A stretch of DNA of 62,851 nt, the filler included. It is 10 parts of 10 records of this genome, joined end to end, with 100 filler letters (N's around TTAATTAATTAA, not from the genome) between each part and the next. Parts side by side here need not be neighbours in the genome. Positions count along the whole stretch, not along the records: positions 26,013 to 31,331 come from SRR31156797_127561; positions 31,432 to 36,572 come from SRR31156797_127632; positions 36,673 to 43,149 come from SRR31156797_127673; 7 more parts are not named here. One strand, written 5' to 3'. Shown here one piece after another: positions 28,143 through 38,751 of the stretch. The position numbers and the translations under genes were made by a program. The notes under the pieces were generated by a model. The model ran no database searches and had not been told where the DNA came from. It worked only from the letters and a program-made list of their open reading frames with translations. Within the stretch, counting starts at the first letter, position 1. The number at the start of each line of letters is the position of its first letter.

Positions 28143-31142
28143 ATGGTCTTCAGGGTTGAAGTCGGACTCAGAAAAGATTTAGTAGATTCAGAAGGTGTAA
28201 CGGTTCTAAGAAGGATCCATAATGATCTGAACATAGAAAGCGTCAAAGATATCAGAGTGTTAAAAGTATATCTTCTTGATAGTGAAACACTTTCTGCTGA
28301 TGGTGTTAATAGTTTTGCAGGAGAAGTGCTTGCTGATGGCGTTATTGAAAATTACGAATCAGATGAAGTACTTGCAGACAACTATAGTTTTGACTGGATC
28401 GTTGAAACAGGTTTCCTGCCGGGCGTAACCGATAACGAAGGAAAAACTGCTCTTTGGGGTCTTAGAACTTACTTTAAGGAAAAGTTTGAAAATGATATGG
28501 TTTTTTCCGGAAGAAAATATCTTATCTCAGGATCTGTTGAAAAAGAAGAAGCTGAAAAGATAGCATCTAAACTTCTAGCGAATCCTCTCATACAAAGATA
28601 CAAGGTTATCAGCAGAGCACAGTGGCTTGAAGGAGAGAAGGTTGGAAATGAAGTTCCTAGAGTGAAAAACGCTGCAGAACCGACTGTTGAGACAATGTCT
28701 CTAGATGTTTCAGATGATGATCTCATGGATATATCAAAAAACAATGTTCTCGCTTTAAGTCTTGAAGAAATGAAGGCTATTAGAGATCATTTTAGAAAAA
28801 AAGATGTGCTTGAATACAGAAAACAGAAAGGATTTCCACATAAGGCTACTGACTGTGAAGTTGAAGTTCTTGCTCAAACCTGGAGCGAGCATTGTAAGCA
28901 CAAGATCTTTGCTGCCGATATTAGTTATGAAGATAAGATCGATGATAAGAAAGTTGAGATAAGATCACTTTATAAAAGTTATATAAAAAGAGTTACTAAT
29001 GAGCTTCGTGAGAAAAAACAGTGGGTTAAGTCTGTTTTTGATGACAACGCTGGTGTTGTTCAGATAGATGAAGATACACTTCTTGCAATGAAAGTTGAAA
29101 CCCACAATTCTCCAAGCGCACTTGATCCTTACGGCGGAGCGCTGACCGGTATTGTTGGAGTTAATAGAGATATACTCGGTGTTGGACTTGGTGCAAAGCC
29201 GATATTTAACACTGATGTTTTTTGTTTTGCCAGCCCACACCATAAAGGCGAACTTCCGGGATCTAACCTCATGCACCCTGCAAGAATTTTCAGGGGAGTT
29301 CATAGAGGTGTAAAAGACGGAGGAAATGAAAGTGGAATACCTGTAGTAAACGGTTCTATTTTCTTTGACAGCAGATACATCGGGAAACCTCTTGTTTTCT
29401 GTGGTACAGGTGGACTTATGCCGCTTAAAGTTGGTGATAATCCAAGTTATCTTAAAGAAGCAAGGAAGGGTGACTTCATTGTTATGTCCGGTGGAAGAGT
29501 CGGTAAAGATGGAATTCACGGAGCAACGTTCAGTAGTGAAGAACTTCATGAAGGAAGTCCGGTTACTGCTGTTCAGATCGGTGATGCTATTGTTCAAAAA
29601 AGAATGGTCGATTTTACTTTAGAAGCAAGAGATAAGCACCTTTTCAGCGCAATTACCGATAATGGCGCCGGCGGACTTAGCTCAAGTGTCGGTGAAATGG
29701 CACAGGATAGTGGCGGTGCAATTGTCAGACTTGATAAGGTTCCGCTAAAATACAAAGGACTTCAACCTTGGGAGATCTTTATTTCTGAAGCTCAGGAAAG
29801 AATGACAATGGCCGTTCCTCCTGAAAAATATGAAGAACTTCAAAAGCTCGCAGAAATTCACGAAGTAGAGATATCACATATCGGTGAATATACAGATTCA
29901 GGTTATCTTGAGATCTACTACAATGATATGCCTACAGCTCTTCTTGAAATGGATTTTATGCATGATGGCAATCCAAGATACTCTCTGGAAGCTGAGTGGA
30001 ATTCAGTTGAAAAGGAAGCAAGACCGCTTCAGGACTACAAAGAACTCAACAATATCATGCTTGATATGATCGCAAGACTTAATATCGCTTCCAAAGAAGA
30101 CTGGGTAAGACAGTACGATCACGAAGTTCAGGGAAGAAGTGCGGGAAAACCTTTTGTCGGTGTCGAAAACGACGGTCCGGCTGATGCTGGAGTACTTAGA
30201 GTTTCTCCATTTAAGAAAAACGCAGTTGTAGTTTCTCACGGACTGAAACCTACTTTTAGTGACATTGATACTTACTGGATGACTGCTTCAGTCGTTGATG
30301 AAGCTGTTAGAAATGCAGTCTGTACAGGTGCAGATCCTGACTTTATGAGTGGTCTTGATAACTTCTGCTGGCCTGATCCTGTTTATGACGAAACAAAGAA
30401 TCCTGATGGAAAACATAAGCTTGCACAGCTTGTTCGTTCAAATATGGCGCTTTATGATTTCTGTAAATATTACGAAATTCCGCTTATCAGTGGAAAGGAC
30501 AGTATGAAGAATGATTACGGTTCAGGTGAAAACAAGATCTCTGTTCCGCCAACACTTCTTTTTACACTCATTTCAAAGATGGATGATGTTGAAAAGATGG
30601 TCACAATGGATTTTAAAGAACCTGGAGACCGTATTTTTCTTGTTGGAACTACTGGAAACGAGCTTGGTGGAAGTGAGTACTACTCTTACCACGGTCAAAA
30701 AGATTGCGGTGCTGTTCCCAAAGTTGATGCCGGAAAGTTCATGAAGAGATACAGAGCTTTTAAAAAGGCGATCGATGCAGGGCTTGTCAGAAGCGCTCAT
30801 GACCTTTCAGATGGGGGTCTTGGAACAAGTCTGGCGGAATCTGCTTTTTCAGGAATGGTCGGGGCAAAGATAGATCTTCGAAAAGTAAACAGAACTGAAG
30901 ATGCACTGAGAAATGATACAATACTTTTTAGCGAATCAAACGGAAGGATACTTGCTTCAGTTGGTGAAAAGGATATCGATGACTTTATGAAGATCATGAA
31001 TGGAACCGATACTTGTGAAGTTGGTGAAGTAAATTCCGGAGGTTTTGTTAAAGTTGTCGGACTTGAGGGTGCCAATATTGTTAATTTAAGCATTCAGGAC
31101 CTGAAGAAGAGTTGGAAAAGTCTAATGTCAAAGATGAATTAG
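28143..31142 (+). CDS. purL: FGAM synthase subunit PurL (about 1000 aa, PurS-like N-terminal extension)
   Basis: AQTWSEHCKHK, KVETHNSPS, GKDGIHGATFSS, DNGAGG, SEAQERM, QYDHEV and HDLSDGG motifs. Confidence 0.96.
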   Translation: MVFRVEVGLRKDLVDSEGVTVLRRIHNDLNIESVKDIRVLKVYLLDSETLSADGVNSFAGEVLADGVIENYESDEVLADNYSFDWIVETGFLPGVTDNEGKTALWGLRTYFKEKFENDMVFSGRKYLISGSVEKEEAEKIASKLLANPLIQRYKVISRAQWLEGEKVGNEVPRVKNAAEPTVETMSLDVSDDDLMDISKNNVLALSLEEMKAIRDHFRKKDVLEYRKQKGFPHKATDCEVEVLAQTWSEHCKHKIFAADISYEDKIDDKKVEIRSLYKSYIKRVTNELREKKQWVKSVFDDNAGVVQIDEDTLLAMKVETHNSPSALDPYGGALTGIVGVNRDILGVGLGAKPIFNTDVFCFASPHHKGELPGSNLMHPARIFRGVHRGVKDGGNESGIPVVNGSIFFDSRYIGKPLVFCGTGGLMPLKVGDNPSYLKEARKGDFIVMSGGRVGKDGIHGATFSSEELHEGSPVTAVQIGDAIVQKRMVDFTLEARDKHLFSAITDNGAGGLSSSVGEMAQDSGGAIVRLDKVPLKYKGLQPWEIFISEAQERMTMAVPPEKYEELQKLAEIHEVEISHIGEYTDSGYLEIYYNDMPTALLEMDFMHDGNPRYSLEAEWNSVEKEARPLQDYKELNNIMLDMIARLNIASKEDWVRQYDHEVQGRSAGKPFVGVENDGPADAGVLRVSPFKKNAVVVSHGLKPTFSDIDTYWMTASVVDEAVRNAVCTGADPDFMSGLDNFCWPDPVYDETKNPDGKHKLAQLVRSNMALYDFCKYYEIPLISGKDSMKNDYGSGENKISVPPTLLFTLISKMDDVEKMVTMDFKEPGDRIFLVGTTGNELGGSEYYSYHGQKDCGAVPKVDAGKFMKRYRAFKKAIDAGLVRSAHDLSDGGLGTSLAESAFSGMVGAKIDLRKVNRTEDALRNDTILFSESNGRILASVGEKDIDDFMKIMNGTDTCEVGEVNSGGFVKVVGLEGANIVNLSIQDLKKSWKSLMSKMN

Positions 31143-31151
31143 GAGATAAAA

Positions 31152-31331
31152 ATGGATAAAGTTAGCGTACTTATACTTACAGGCTACGGAATTAACTGTG
31201 ATGTTGAGACTGGCTGGGCTTTTGAAATGGCTGGTGCGGAAACTGTTGACAGGGTTCACATTAACAGGATCGTAAATGGCGACGTAAGTCTGGATGACTA
31301 TCAGATCCTTGTTTTCCCCGGCGGTTTTTCT
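31152..31331 (+). CDS. purQ: FGAM synthase glutaminase subunit PurQ, N-terminal fragment
   Basis: GYGINCDVET..AF and FPGGFS motifs; follows purL. Confidence 0.92.
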
Positions 31332-31431
31332 NNNNNNNNNNNNNNNNNNNNNNNNNNNNNNNNNNNNNNNNNNNNTTAATTAATTAANNNNNNNNNNNNN
31401 NNNNNNNNNNNNNNNNNNNNNNNNNNNNNNN

Positions 31432-31905
31432 CGTATGTTTACCCATACTGGACCCAGAAGGGGGGATGTATTCGCAGAATCGACCTTTGCCAAGCAGATC
31501 GCAATGATCGAAAAAGGCCTGATCCCTCCAGTCGTGAAGGTCGGAAATCTGGATTCTCTTCGGACTGTGGCCGATGTGAGGGATGCCGTGAGGGCGTATT
31601 ATTTACTGGTAACGGTGAATCCGCAGCCAGCAGCGGCTTATAATATCGGCGGTACGCACTCATGTACGATTCGGGATATTCTCAACACGTTGGTCGATTA
31701 TTCCGATTATGATGGGGAAATCAAGGTAGAAGTCGACCCTGAACGTCTTCGTCCGATTGATGCAGATCTGCAGGTTCCGGATACAAGCAAGTTCCGGGAA
31801 CATACGGGATGGGAGCCTGATATCCCCTTCGAGACCACGATGAGGGATCTGCTTCAGTACTGGCGGGATAGAGTAAATCGCGGCGAGACTTTCTTGACAA
31901 GATAA
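31432..31905 (+). CDS. dmhA: GDP-mannose/GDP-manno-heptose 4,6-dehydratase (DmhA-like), 5' partial
   Basis: RMFTHTGPRRGDVF, VGNLDSLRTVADVRDAVRAY and RLRPID motifs; adjacent to a heptose kinase. Confidence 0.75.
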   Translation, partial: RMFTHTGPRRGDVFAESTFAKQIAMIEKGLIPPVVKVGNLDSLRTVADVRDAVRAYYLLVTVNPQPAAAYNIGGTHSCTIRDILNTLVDYSDYDGEIKVEVDPERLRPIDADLQVPDTSKFREHTGWEPDIPFETTMRDLLQYWRDRVNRGETFLTR

Positions 31906-31929
31906 GCCCAGGAAGTAGGAGCAGCCTGT

Positions 31930-32964
31930 ATGATCGTCCGATCGCGAGCCCCATTGCGTTTGAGTTTCGGAGGCGGTGGCACCGAGCTGGCTCCTTACGT
32001 GAATATGTATGGAGGTCAGATTCTCAACGCAACGATTAATCTGTATGCCTACACCACTATGACGGAATCGAAGGACGGGAACGTAGTTCTTGAATCCAAG
32101 GATAAAGGGAATCGGGAAGTATACGATCTGTCTGATCGGTATGATGTTGAGAAGAGTGCATTGCCGTTGCATTGCGGAGTGTATAACTACATCGTACAGC
32201 ATTATAATCACGGAAACCCAATTCCTGTTGAACTGACAACTTATTGCGAAGCTCCAGTTGGCTCCGGCCTTGGTGCTTCATCCACTGTAACCGTATCCAT
32301 AATCCAGGCTTTTGATGAGTATCTTGGATTGGCTTTGGGAGAGTATGATATAGCCAGGATGGCATATCTGATTGAGCGAGTAGAATTGCTGTTATCAGGT
32401 GGATTGCAGGATCAGTATGCTGCGGCGTTTGGTGGTTTTAACTTTATTGATGTTGAACCGGATGATCGCATTATTGTGAATCCACTTCGTGTGAAGGACT
32501 GGATCATTTCCGAACTGGAGGCATCACTGGTTTTGTATTACACGGGGACATCCCGGGAATCTGCCAACATCATTATTGATCAAACCGAGCAATTGCTGAC
32601 GAACAATGAAAATGTGCTGTCACATATGCATAATATCAAAGCGTATGCCCTGGATATGAAAGAATATCTCTTAAAGGGAAAACTTAAGCAGTTCGCCTCA
32701 GTGTTGCATAAAAGCTGGGAAGCCAAGAAATCAACTTCCAATAAAATTTCCAACCCGCACATTGATTCCCTTTATGAGAAAGCCCGCAAAGCAGGCGTAA
32801 TTGGGGGAAAGGTTTCAGGCGCAGGGGGGGGTGGGTTTATGATGCTTTTATGCGAACCGACAAGCCGGACGGATGTTCTTGAAGCATTGGATACTGAAGT
32901 CGGGCATATTTTTTCCGCAACCTTCAGCCACGCAGGTGCTTCGAGCTGGAGGGTAAGAGATTAA
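31930..32964 (+). CDS. hddA: D-glycero-alpha-D-manno-heptose 7-phosphate kinase (GHMP family)
   Basis: RSRAPLRLSFGGGGT, PVGSGLGASS, GGLQDQYAAAFGG and GKVSGAGGGGF motifs. Confidence 0.88.
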   Translation: MIVRSRAPLRLSFGGGGTELAPYVNMYGGQILNATINLYAYTTMTESKDGNVVLESKDKGNREVYDLSDRYDVEKSALPLHCGVYNYIVQHYNHGNPIPVELTTYCEAPVGSGLGASSTVTVSIIQAFDEYLGLALGEYDIARMAYLIERVELLLSGGLQDQYAAAFGGFNFIDVEPDDRIIVNPLRVKDWIISELEASLVLYYTGTSRESANIIIDQTEQLLTNNENVLSHMHNIKAYALDMKEYLLKGKLKQFASVLHKSWEAKKSTSNKISNPHIDSLYEKARKAGVIGGKVSGAGGGGFMMLLCEPTSRTDVLEALDTEVGHIFSATFSHAGASSWRVRD

Positions 32965-34568
32965 TTTTCTGTTTGCGACGAGGATTTCTCCTCGTTTATC
33001 TCAATGCGGTACAAGAAGTTTTCTGGTAGTTCTTCAACCGGGACTACGCGGTATCGGTTGTGATTCTTCTTTAGCCAGTCAGGACTGGAGTTTGAATCGT
33101 TCCCGGTAATATACACCAATCCTGATTTCAAAAGAGTTTCTATCTCTTGATCGGGTTCATGTTTCCCATCTCGCATATCTCTTTTTGCCGGTAGTCGTAG
33201 ATCTGGTCTGTCAATTTCTTCAATGATCATGTATCTGACCGTATTGTAAATCGCGGTGCGCGAATAGAGAACGGAGTTTTCCGGGAGATAAGAAAGGACT
33301 GACCGTGCATATTCTTCAGCTCCAGAATAGCCTGTTCGCCAGGGAGTCAAGTACCATGAGATTGCTGGACGATTAGGAGTTATGTGCTTGGGGAAGAACT
33401 GTTTTGCTTGTGCATTTCGTTCAATGATACCAGGAGAAAAGGCATAGACGACAGGACCGATACAACATGAGGCAATAACAGCAAATGCTAACCCTCTGGA
33501 TGAATAACGGGAAAGTACATAATCAAGTCCGACAGAAGAAAACAGAATTAGAATTAAATATGATGGGATCATGAAAGTGATCTGGTCTGCTACATTGTAT
33601 CGTACTGCGAAAATCAGATGAATTCCGATAGCAGTTGTCAGGAAGAACAATTCTGGTCGCTGAATCGTTGAACGTAATTTCCACCACCCCAGTGGGAACA
33701 AAAGAATGACAGGACTCGGGAAATTCAGCCCTAAGAAGAGAATTTGTTTTTTCAATGTTGCAAGGTTTAAATTTAATCCCGTTGCGTAGGGATTGGGGAT
33801 TTTTCCAACCAGCAGAGAACGGACTGTTTCTGGAATCGAGTGAAGAATTGAATATTCATTTAAGGTAGCAATTAAAAGAGGAATTACGCCGATTATCCAA
33901 ACAACAAGAGCCAGAGCGGCAGAGCGTACGGTAGAGCGAGGAATGGTTTTCCGAAAAAGAAACGCTGTCCCCAGGTAAGCTGGCCATAGGAGGAATGCCC
34001 AGTTGTGGACCGACCAGCCAAAACCATTGATAAAAGCTGCACCAGCCAGAAAAAGCGGATTGCCAGTTCTGATGTAGTGAATCACAAAAATAAGTTCAAA
34101 CGACAGGCACATGGTAAAGAAGGTTACAACTTCGGCTCCTGTGCTCATTTGCCAGATCGTATGTGACAACATGAGAAGAAGAGCTGATGCAACAAGAACT
34201 GTTTTTCGAGTTACATAAAATGATATCAGAAGGACGATATTCGCAACAGTTATCGCACCAGCCAGAGAAGAAACGAAATTCCCTGACCAAGCAGGAGTCC
34301 AACCGGTTAGGCAACGGATAGCAACTGAAACAAGATAATATGGCATGTGTGATCGGCACACACCATGTCCTGTATCCCCAAACCAGTCTTGTTCTGCAAT
34401 ACGGATTTGAGCATCAGCAGAATCGCCCCATAGAACACCCGGGGCTGCAGTTGCTGTGTACAGAATAGCACCACAGAGCATGGTACATATCCAGATCAGA
34501 TATCTGCCTGTAATTTGCGTTTGTTCGATTGGTTGTTCAGTACTTTTCATTTGCCTGGTAACTCGCAA
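32961..34568 (-). CDS. DUF2723 / TMEM260-like GT-C membrane glycosyltransferase
   Basis: LYTATAAPGVLWGDS N-terminal motif, H.P.Y, WQMSTGAEV and about 10 TM helices; its stop shares TTAA with the hddA stop. Confidence 0.7.
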   Translation of the reverse strand: MRVTRQMKSTEQPIEQTQITGRYLIWICTMLCGAILYTATAAPGVLWGDSADAQIRIAEQDWFGDTGHGVCRSHMPYYLVSVAIRCLTGWTPAWSGNFVSSLAGAITVANIVLLISFYVTRKTVLVASALLLMLSHTIWQMSTGAEVVTFFTMCLSFELIFVIHYIRTGNPLFLAGAAFINGFGWSVHNWAFLLWPAYLGTAFLFRKTIPRSTVRSAALALVVWIIGVIPLLIATLNEYSILHSIPETVRSLLVGKIPNPYATGLNLNLATLKKQILFLGLNFPSPVILLFPLGWWKLRSTIQRPELFFLTTAIGIHLIFAVRYNVADQITFMIPSYLILILFSSVGLDYVLSRYSSRGLAFAVIASCCIGPVVYAFSPGIIERNAQAKQFFPKHITPNRPAISWYLTPWRTGYSGAEEYARSVLSYLPENSVLYSRTAIYNTVRYMIIEEIDRPDLRLPAKRDMRDGKHEPDQEIETLLKSGLVYITGNDSNSSPDWLKKNHNRYRVVPVEELPENFLYRIEINEEKSSSQTEN

Positions 34569-34753
34569 TTCTCCTGAATTTATATTTTCAAAAGAGAGTA
34601 ATTCTCAATGAATGTACAGTCAACACCGGAAAAACGCGTCGGCTGAAGAACATGTACCAATAAAAGTGTTTCTAGAAGACATTTCTGAACTCTTATCGGC
34701 AATACGGATAGTAGAACGTTATTTCAACATCGAAAAACTCCGATATAGGAAAT

Positions 34754-36376
34754 ATGGACAGCTTACAGAAATTGTCATCTGAAACAAACAGAAGGACGAT
34801 CCTGGTCATTGATGATGAGCAGGATATTGTCACGATGCTTGCAGATTTGTTTGATCGTGAGGGGTATCGAGTACTCACTGCTTCAGATGGAAGATCTGGA
34901 ATAGAGATTGCGAAGTCTCATAGTCCAGATGTTGTTCTTCTGGATCTTGGGCTTCCTGATATTGAAGGGCATGATGCCATCACCCAGATAAAAACCTATG
35001 AAAGTCTTTCCAGTGTTCCAATCATTGTCATAACGGGAAGAATTGGAAGTCATGATGTCGTACGAGCATTTGAGGCTGGGGCCAGTGATTATCTAAGAAA
35101 ACCACTTGATCCACATTCATTGAAAGCTCGAATTCAGTTTATGTGTGATCTCAATGATCCAGAAAGAGAGATCGATTCCATAATTTCTTATTTACATGAA
35201 GAAGTACACCAGAAAACAGAGCATGTCCGCCTGCTCTATGGGTTGACTCATGATTTTAATAATTCTGATTCTTTAGAGGATGTGCTGGAACGGTTTGTAG
35301 AAGCTCTACATTTGACAGCGCAATCAAACCGCATTTCGGTTTATCTCAGAACAGAAGATGGTGACATGCTGGAATTCAAAGCAGGAATTGGAATTCCAGA
35401 CGATCTTGAGCAATTTTCTCTGATTCCAGTCAATTGGGGAGTTGCGGGTCAAGTGTATTCTTCTCGCCAGGCAGTTACAAATGTTGACTACAAGAATACA
35501 TCACTTTCTTCTTCTGGACGTTACAATAGCAATCATTTTTACTCCTTACCAATTCTTGTACGAAAAAAAGCATGGGAGCCTGAAGTACTTGGTGTAGTCA
35601 ATATAACAGACCGCAAAAATGATCGTCCATTTTCCACTGAAGAGCTTGAATGTATTCAATCCATAACTTCTGCAGCTGCTATCGCAATTCAGCATCAGTT
35701 AGCGATAACTCAACATTCAAGTTCAATCAGTGTATTGCTCAGAACCATCGGCAGATTGGCTGAATACAGAGATGAAGAAACGGCAAGCCATCTCGAACGG
35801 GTACCACAGATTACGAGAATAATCGCAACAGAATTAGCCACTGCAAATGAATTTTCTGACATTATCACACAGGAGTATCTTAATAATCTTGTCCAGGCAG
35901 CACCACTGCATGATATCGGTAAGATTGGCATTCCTGATGCGATTCTAACCAAGGATGGTCCACTGACTGCACGTGAAATGCAGATTATGCGAACTCATAC
36001 AACTATCGGGAAGCAGATACTTGAACTAGCCGTTGATCATTCTGGAATGACATCATTATTGAAGATGTGTATTGAGATATCATATAGTCATCATGAACGT
36101 TGGGATGGTTGTGGGTATCCACGAAGAATCGCTGAGAGAGAGATTCCGCTGTCTGCTCGGATTTTAGCGGTTGCTGACGCGTATGATGCGATAACCAGCA
36201 GACGTTGTTATAAAATTTCCAGTCCTCACGAAGCTGCAGTTCAGATTATTCAGAATGATGCAGGTAAGCACTTTGATCCGGTAGTAGCCGAAGCATTCAT
36301 GAGGACAAAAGAAACAATCAGGGATTACTGTGAAACGGTATCCAGAGATTATACACAGCATTATGTGAACGCTTGA
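34754..36376 (+). CDS. Response regulator with REC, GAF and HD-GYP (c-di-GMP phosphodiesterase) domains
   Basis: ILVIDDE...LLDLGLP...KP (REC); GVAGQV...GVVNI (GAF); RDEET.SHLER, LHDIGKIG, HHERWDGCGYP and ADAYDA. Confidence 0.92.
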   Translation: MDSLQKLSSETNRRTILVIDDEQDIVTMLADLFDREGYRVLTASDGRSGIEIAKSHSPDVVLLDLGLPDIEGHDAITQIKTYESLSSVPIIVITGRIGSHDVVRAFEAGASDYLRKPLDPHSLKARIQFMCDLNDPEREIDSIISYLHEEVHQKTEHVRLLYGLTHDFNNSDSLEDVLERFVEALHLTAQSNRISVYLRTEDGDMLEFKAGIGIPDDLEQFSLIPVNWGVAGQVYSSRQAVTNVDYKNTSLSSSGRYNSNHFYSLPILVRKKAWEPEVLGVVNITDRKNDRPFSTEELECIQSITSAAAIAIQHQLAITQHSSSISVLLRTIGRLAEYRDEETASHLERVPQITRIIATELATANEFSDIITQEYLNNLVQAAPLHDIGKIGIPDAILTKDGPLTAREMQIMRTHTTIGKQILELAVDHSGMTSLLKMCIEISYSHHERWDGCGYPRRIAEREIPLSARILAVADAYDAITSRRCYKISSPHEAAVQIIQNDAGKHFDPVVAEAFMRTKETIRDYCETVSRDYTQHYVNA

Positions 36377-36406
36377 TTTATCACCGAGTTGTTTTGTACT
36401 GTTTGA

Positions 36407-36571
36407 TCAACTTGCCTTAGCGTCAAGTCGAAGGTCAGCAAAATCATTTTTCTGGTAATGTTGCATGCCCAATGCGGCTATCATTGCGGCATTATCTCCA
36501 CAATATATCATAGGTGCTGGATAGAAGGCGATTTTTCTCTTATTGCATTCGGTTTCCATCTTTGTTCGAAG
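36407..36571 (-). CDS. tsaD: tRNA threonylcarbamoyltransferase TsaD, C-terminal fragment
   Basis: Manual translation gives LRTKME...[20 protein letters not shown]...DLRLDAKAS*, with the DNAAMIA motif. Not in the ORF track. Confidence 0.88.
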   Translation of the reverse strand, partial: LRTKMETECNKRKIAFYPAPMIYCGDNAAMIAALGMQHYQKNDFADLRLDAKAS

Positions 36572-36727
36572 ANNNNNNNNNNNNNNNNNNNNNNNNNNNN
36601 NNNNNNNNNNNNNNNNTTAATTAATTAANNNNNNNNNNNNNNNNNNNNNNNNNNNNNNNNNNNNNNNNNNNNGACGGAATCGACCGCGAGGACGCCACCA
36701 TAGTCCTTGGATAGATTTCGGGCGGTC

Positions 36728-36752
36728 AGGAGGGGGCGGTCCGCCCCCTCCT
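36728..36752 (-). promoter_or_regulatory. GC-rich perfect palindrome downstream of the solute-binding protein gene (mRNA-stabilising or attenuating hairpin)
   Basis: AGGAGGGGGCGG-t-CCGCCCCCTCCT, between the SBP stop (36771) and the next ATG (36701, MVASSRSIP...). Confidence 0.55.
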
Positions 36753-36770
36753 CAACTCCGGCATTCATGA

Positions 36771-37865
36771 TCAGCTCGCCTTGACCTCATTCCACATACG
36801 GACCCAATCGCCGTAGTTGGCCGGATTTTCCTTCCACACGAAGGAGTCCATGATGCCGAGATCCTTGACGAAGATGCGTTCCTGCTGCTCGTCGCTGAGC
36901 GAGGCCCGCGCGATGTCGGTGCTCTGTGCGTAGGGCCCGCCGACCGCCAACAGCTTGCCGTAGTCCGGGCCGAGCAGATAGTTGATCAGCCCATGCGCCG
37001 CCTTCGCGCCGTCGGCCGAGGACTGGGCCGGAATGGCCAGCGAATCGCACCATCCGATAACGCCTTCCTTCGGCTTCGCCATGCCCATGTTCAGGCCGCG
37101 GGCCTTCAGGTCGTAATAGGGCGGCACCCACGAGAAGGCGCAAACCACTTCGCCGCTGGCAAACAGGTTGGTCAAATCGCCGATCGAATTCCAATAGGTG
37201 CGCAGCAGCTTCTTCTGGGCCAGCAGCGCCTTCTTGCACTCGGCCAGTTCCTTGTCGTCCATCTTGAACAGATGGTCGCGCGGAATGCCCAGGTACAAAG
37301 CGGCGATGACGATGCCTTCCAGGGCATAGTCGCGCATCGCCAGGCGTCCCTTGTAGGCTTCGCCCTCGAACAGGGTCGACCAGTCGGGTTCCTTGTCCAT
37401 CAAATCGGCGCGATAGACGATCGGGTTGATGCCCCAATAGAACGGAATGGCGTAAGTGCTGCCGTCCTTCTTGCCCAACGGCGTCGACTTGAACGGCGCA
37501 TAGAGGTGCGATGCGTTCGGCACCAGGCTCAGATCGAGCGGCTGCAACAAGCCCGAGGCGATATACAGTTCCGTCTTGTCGATGCCCGGGGTGATCAGAT
37601 CCCATTCCGATCCGCCGCCGGCCCGCAGCTTCGCGAACTGTTCGTCGTCGCTGCCGATGAAGCCCTTGGTGATCGGCGTGCCGCCGGCCTTCAGGTACGG
37701 TTCCAGATATTCCGGCTTGGCCAGGTTTTCCCAGGTCAGCCAATAGACCTCGTCGGCCTTGGCAAAGGCCCGGCGACTGGCCAGCGGCAGCGCCGCCGCG
37801 GCCGACGCTACGGCGCCGAGTTTCAGGAATTTCCGGCGATCCAGCGAATTGACATTCTTCGACAT
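36771..37865 (-). CDS. PotD/PotF-like ABC solute-binding protein, Tat signal
   Basis: DRRKFLK signal, FAKLRAGG..WDLITP, YAIPFYWG and KPKEGVIGWCD motifs. Confidence 0.9.
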   Translation of the reverse strand: MSKNVNSLDRRKFLKLGAVASAAAALPLASRRAFAKADEVYWLTWENLAKPEYLEPYLKAGGTPITKGFIGSDDEQFAKLRAGGGSEWDLITPGIDKTELYIASGLLQPLDLSLVPNASHLYAPFKSTPLGKKDGSTYAIPFYWGINPIVYRADLMDKEPDWSTLFEGEAYKGRLAMRDYALEGIVIAALYLGIPRDHLFKMDDKELAECKKALLAQKKLLRTYWNSIGDLTNLFASGEVVCAFSWVPPYYDLKARGLNMGMAKPKEGVIGWCDSLAIPAQSSADGAKAAHGLINYLLGPDYGKLLAVGGPYAQSTDIARASLSDEQQERIFVKDLGIMDSFVWKENPANYGDWVRMWNEVKAS

Positions 37866-38151
37866 GCGTTCAGTCCCTTTCCTGTTGTACGTCTTGCACC
37901 TCCGGTCCCCCGGTATCCGAGCCCCGCGGCTGTTGGCCAGCCGTCCACCCCGTCCTTGATATAAAAAACCAAGGTGCGGTTACAGGCCTAAGATGCTTTT
38001 TTGTTTAAATAATGGTCATTCGCAATTTTCTGACATTAATTGACTACATTTTGTGCAGATCGGGCTCCATCAAAACGACCGGCATCGCCACTTCGCAACC
38101 CCAGATCGTTTCTCGGAAAAAATCGCCCGATTTCAGGGAAATTATGCATCA

Positions 38152-38751
38152 TCATGTTCCGGCGCGCCAGCGTGTGAATGACGCCGAGTCGTCAACGTCC
38201 TCCAGGGTCTCCAGCAGGAACGCCGTTTGCTCGGCTTCCAAATTGGCCATGGTGTCGGCCAGCGCGTGCGGCCCCGACCAGCGGACATGGTCGAACAGTT
38301 CGGGAATGCGCGGACGGCGACGCAGACCGACCAGCCAATAGCCGCCGTCGGCGGCCGGCCCGAACACCGCGTCGTGGCGTCCCAGTGCCGCAAAAGCCTC
38401 GCCGATATGGCGGCGCGAAATGCCGGGAACGTCGGTGCCGACAATGACCACCGGCCCGGGCGGCAACTCGCGCATGACCCGTCCCATGCGATGACCCAGA
38501 TCGCCCGGTCCCTGGCCGATCACCGACCAGCCGTCGGGCCACGCGGCACCGGAATTCACGGCCGCGTCCGGCGCCACCGCCAGCCAATTCCGCCAGTTGC
38601 CGCCGGAACCGAGCCGCCTCAGGACGGAAATCATCGTCGTGCGATAGAAAGACCAGGCGGCGACGGTGCCGATGTCGGCGCCAAGGCGGGATTTGACCCG
38701 GCCCAGGCGCGGTGCCTTGGCGAAAACGATCAGATGGTTGGGCAGGCTCAT
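38152..38751 (-). CDS. TIGR04282/DUF2064 family transferase
   Basis: IVFAKAPRLGRVKSRL, QGPGDLGHRM, IVGTDVP, GPAADGGYWLVG and LEDVDD motifs. Confidence 0.9.
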   Translation of the reverse strand: MSLPNHLIVFAKAPRLGRVKSRLGADIGTVAAWSFYRTTMISVLRRLGSGGNWRNWLAVAPDAAVNSGAAWPDGWSVIGQGPGDLGHRMGRVMRELPPGPVVIVGTDVPGISRRHIGEAFAALGRHDAVFGPAADGGYWLVGLRRRPRIPELFDHVRWSGPHALADTMANLEAEQTAFLLETLEDVDDSASFTRWRAGT

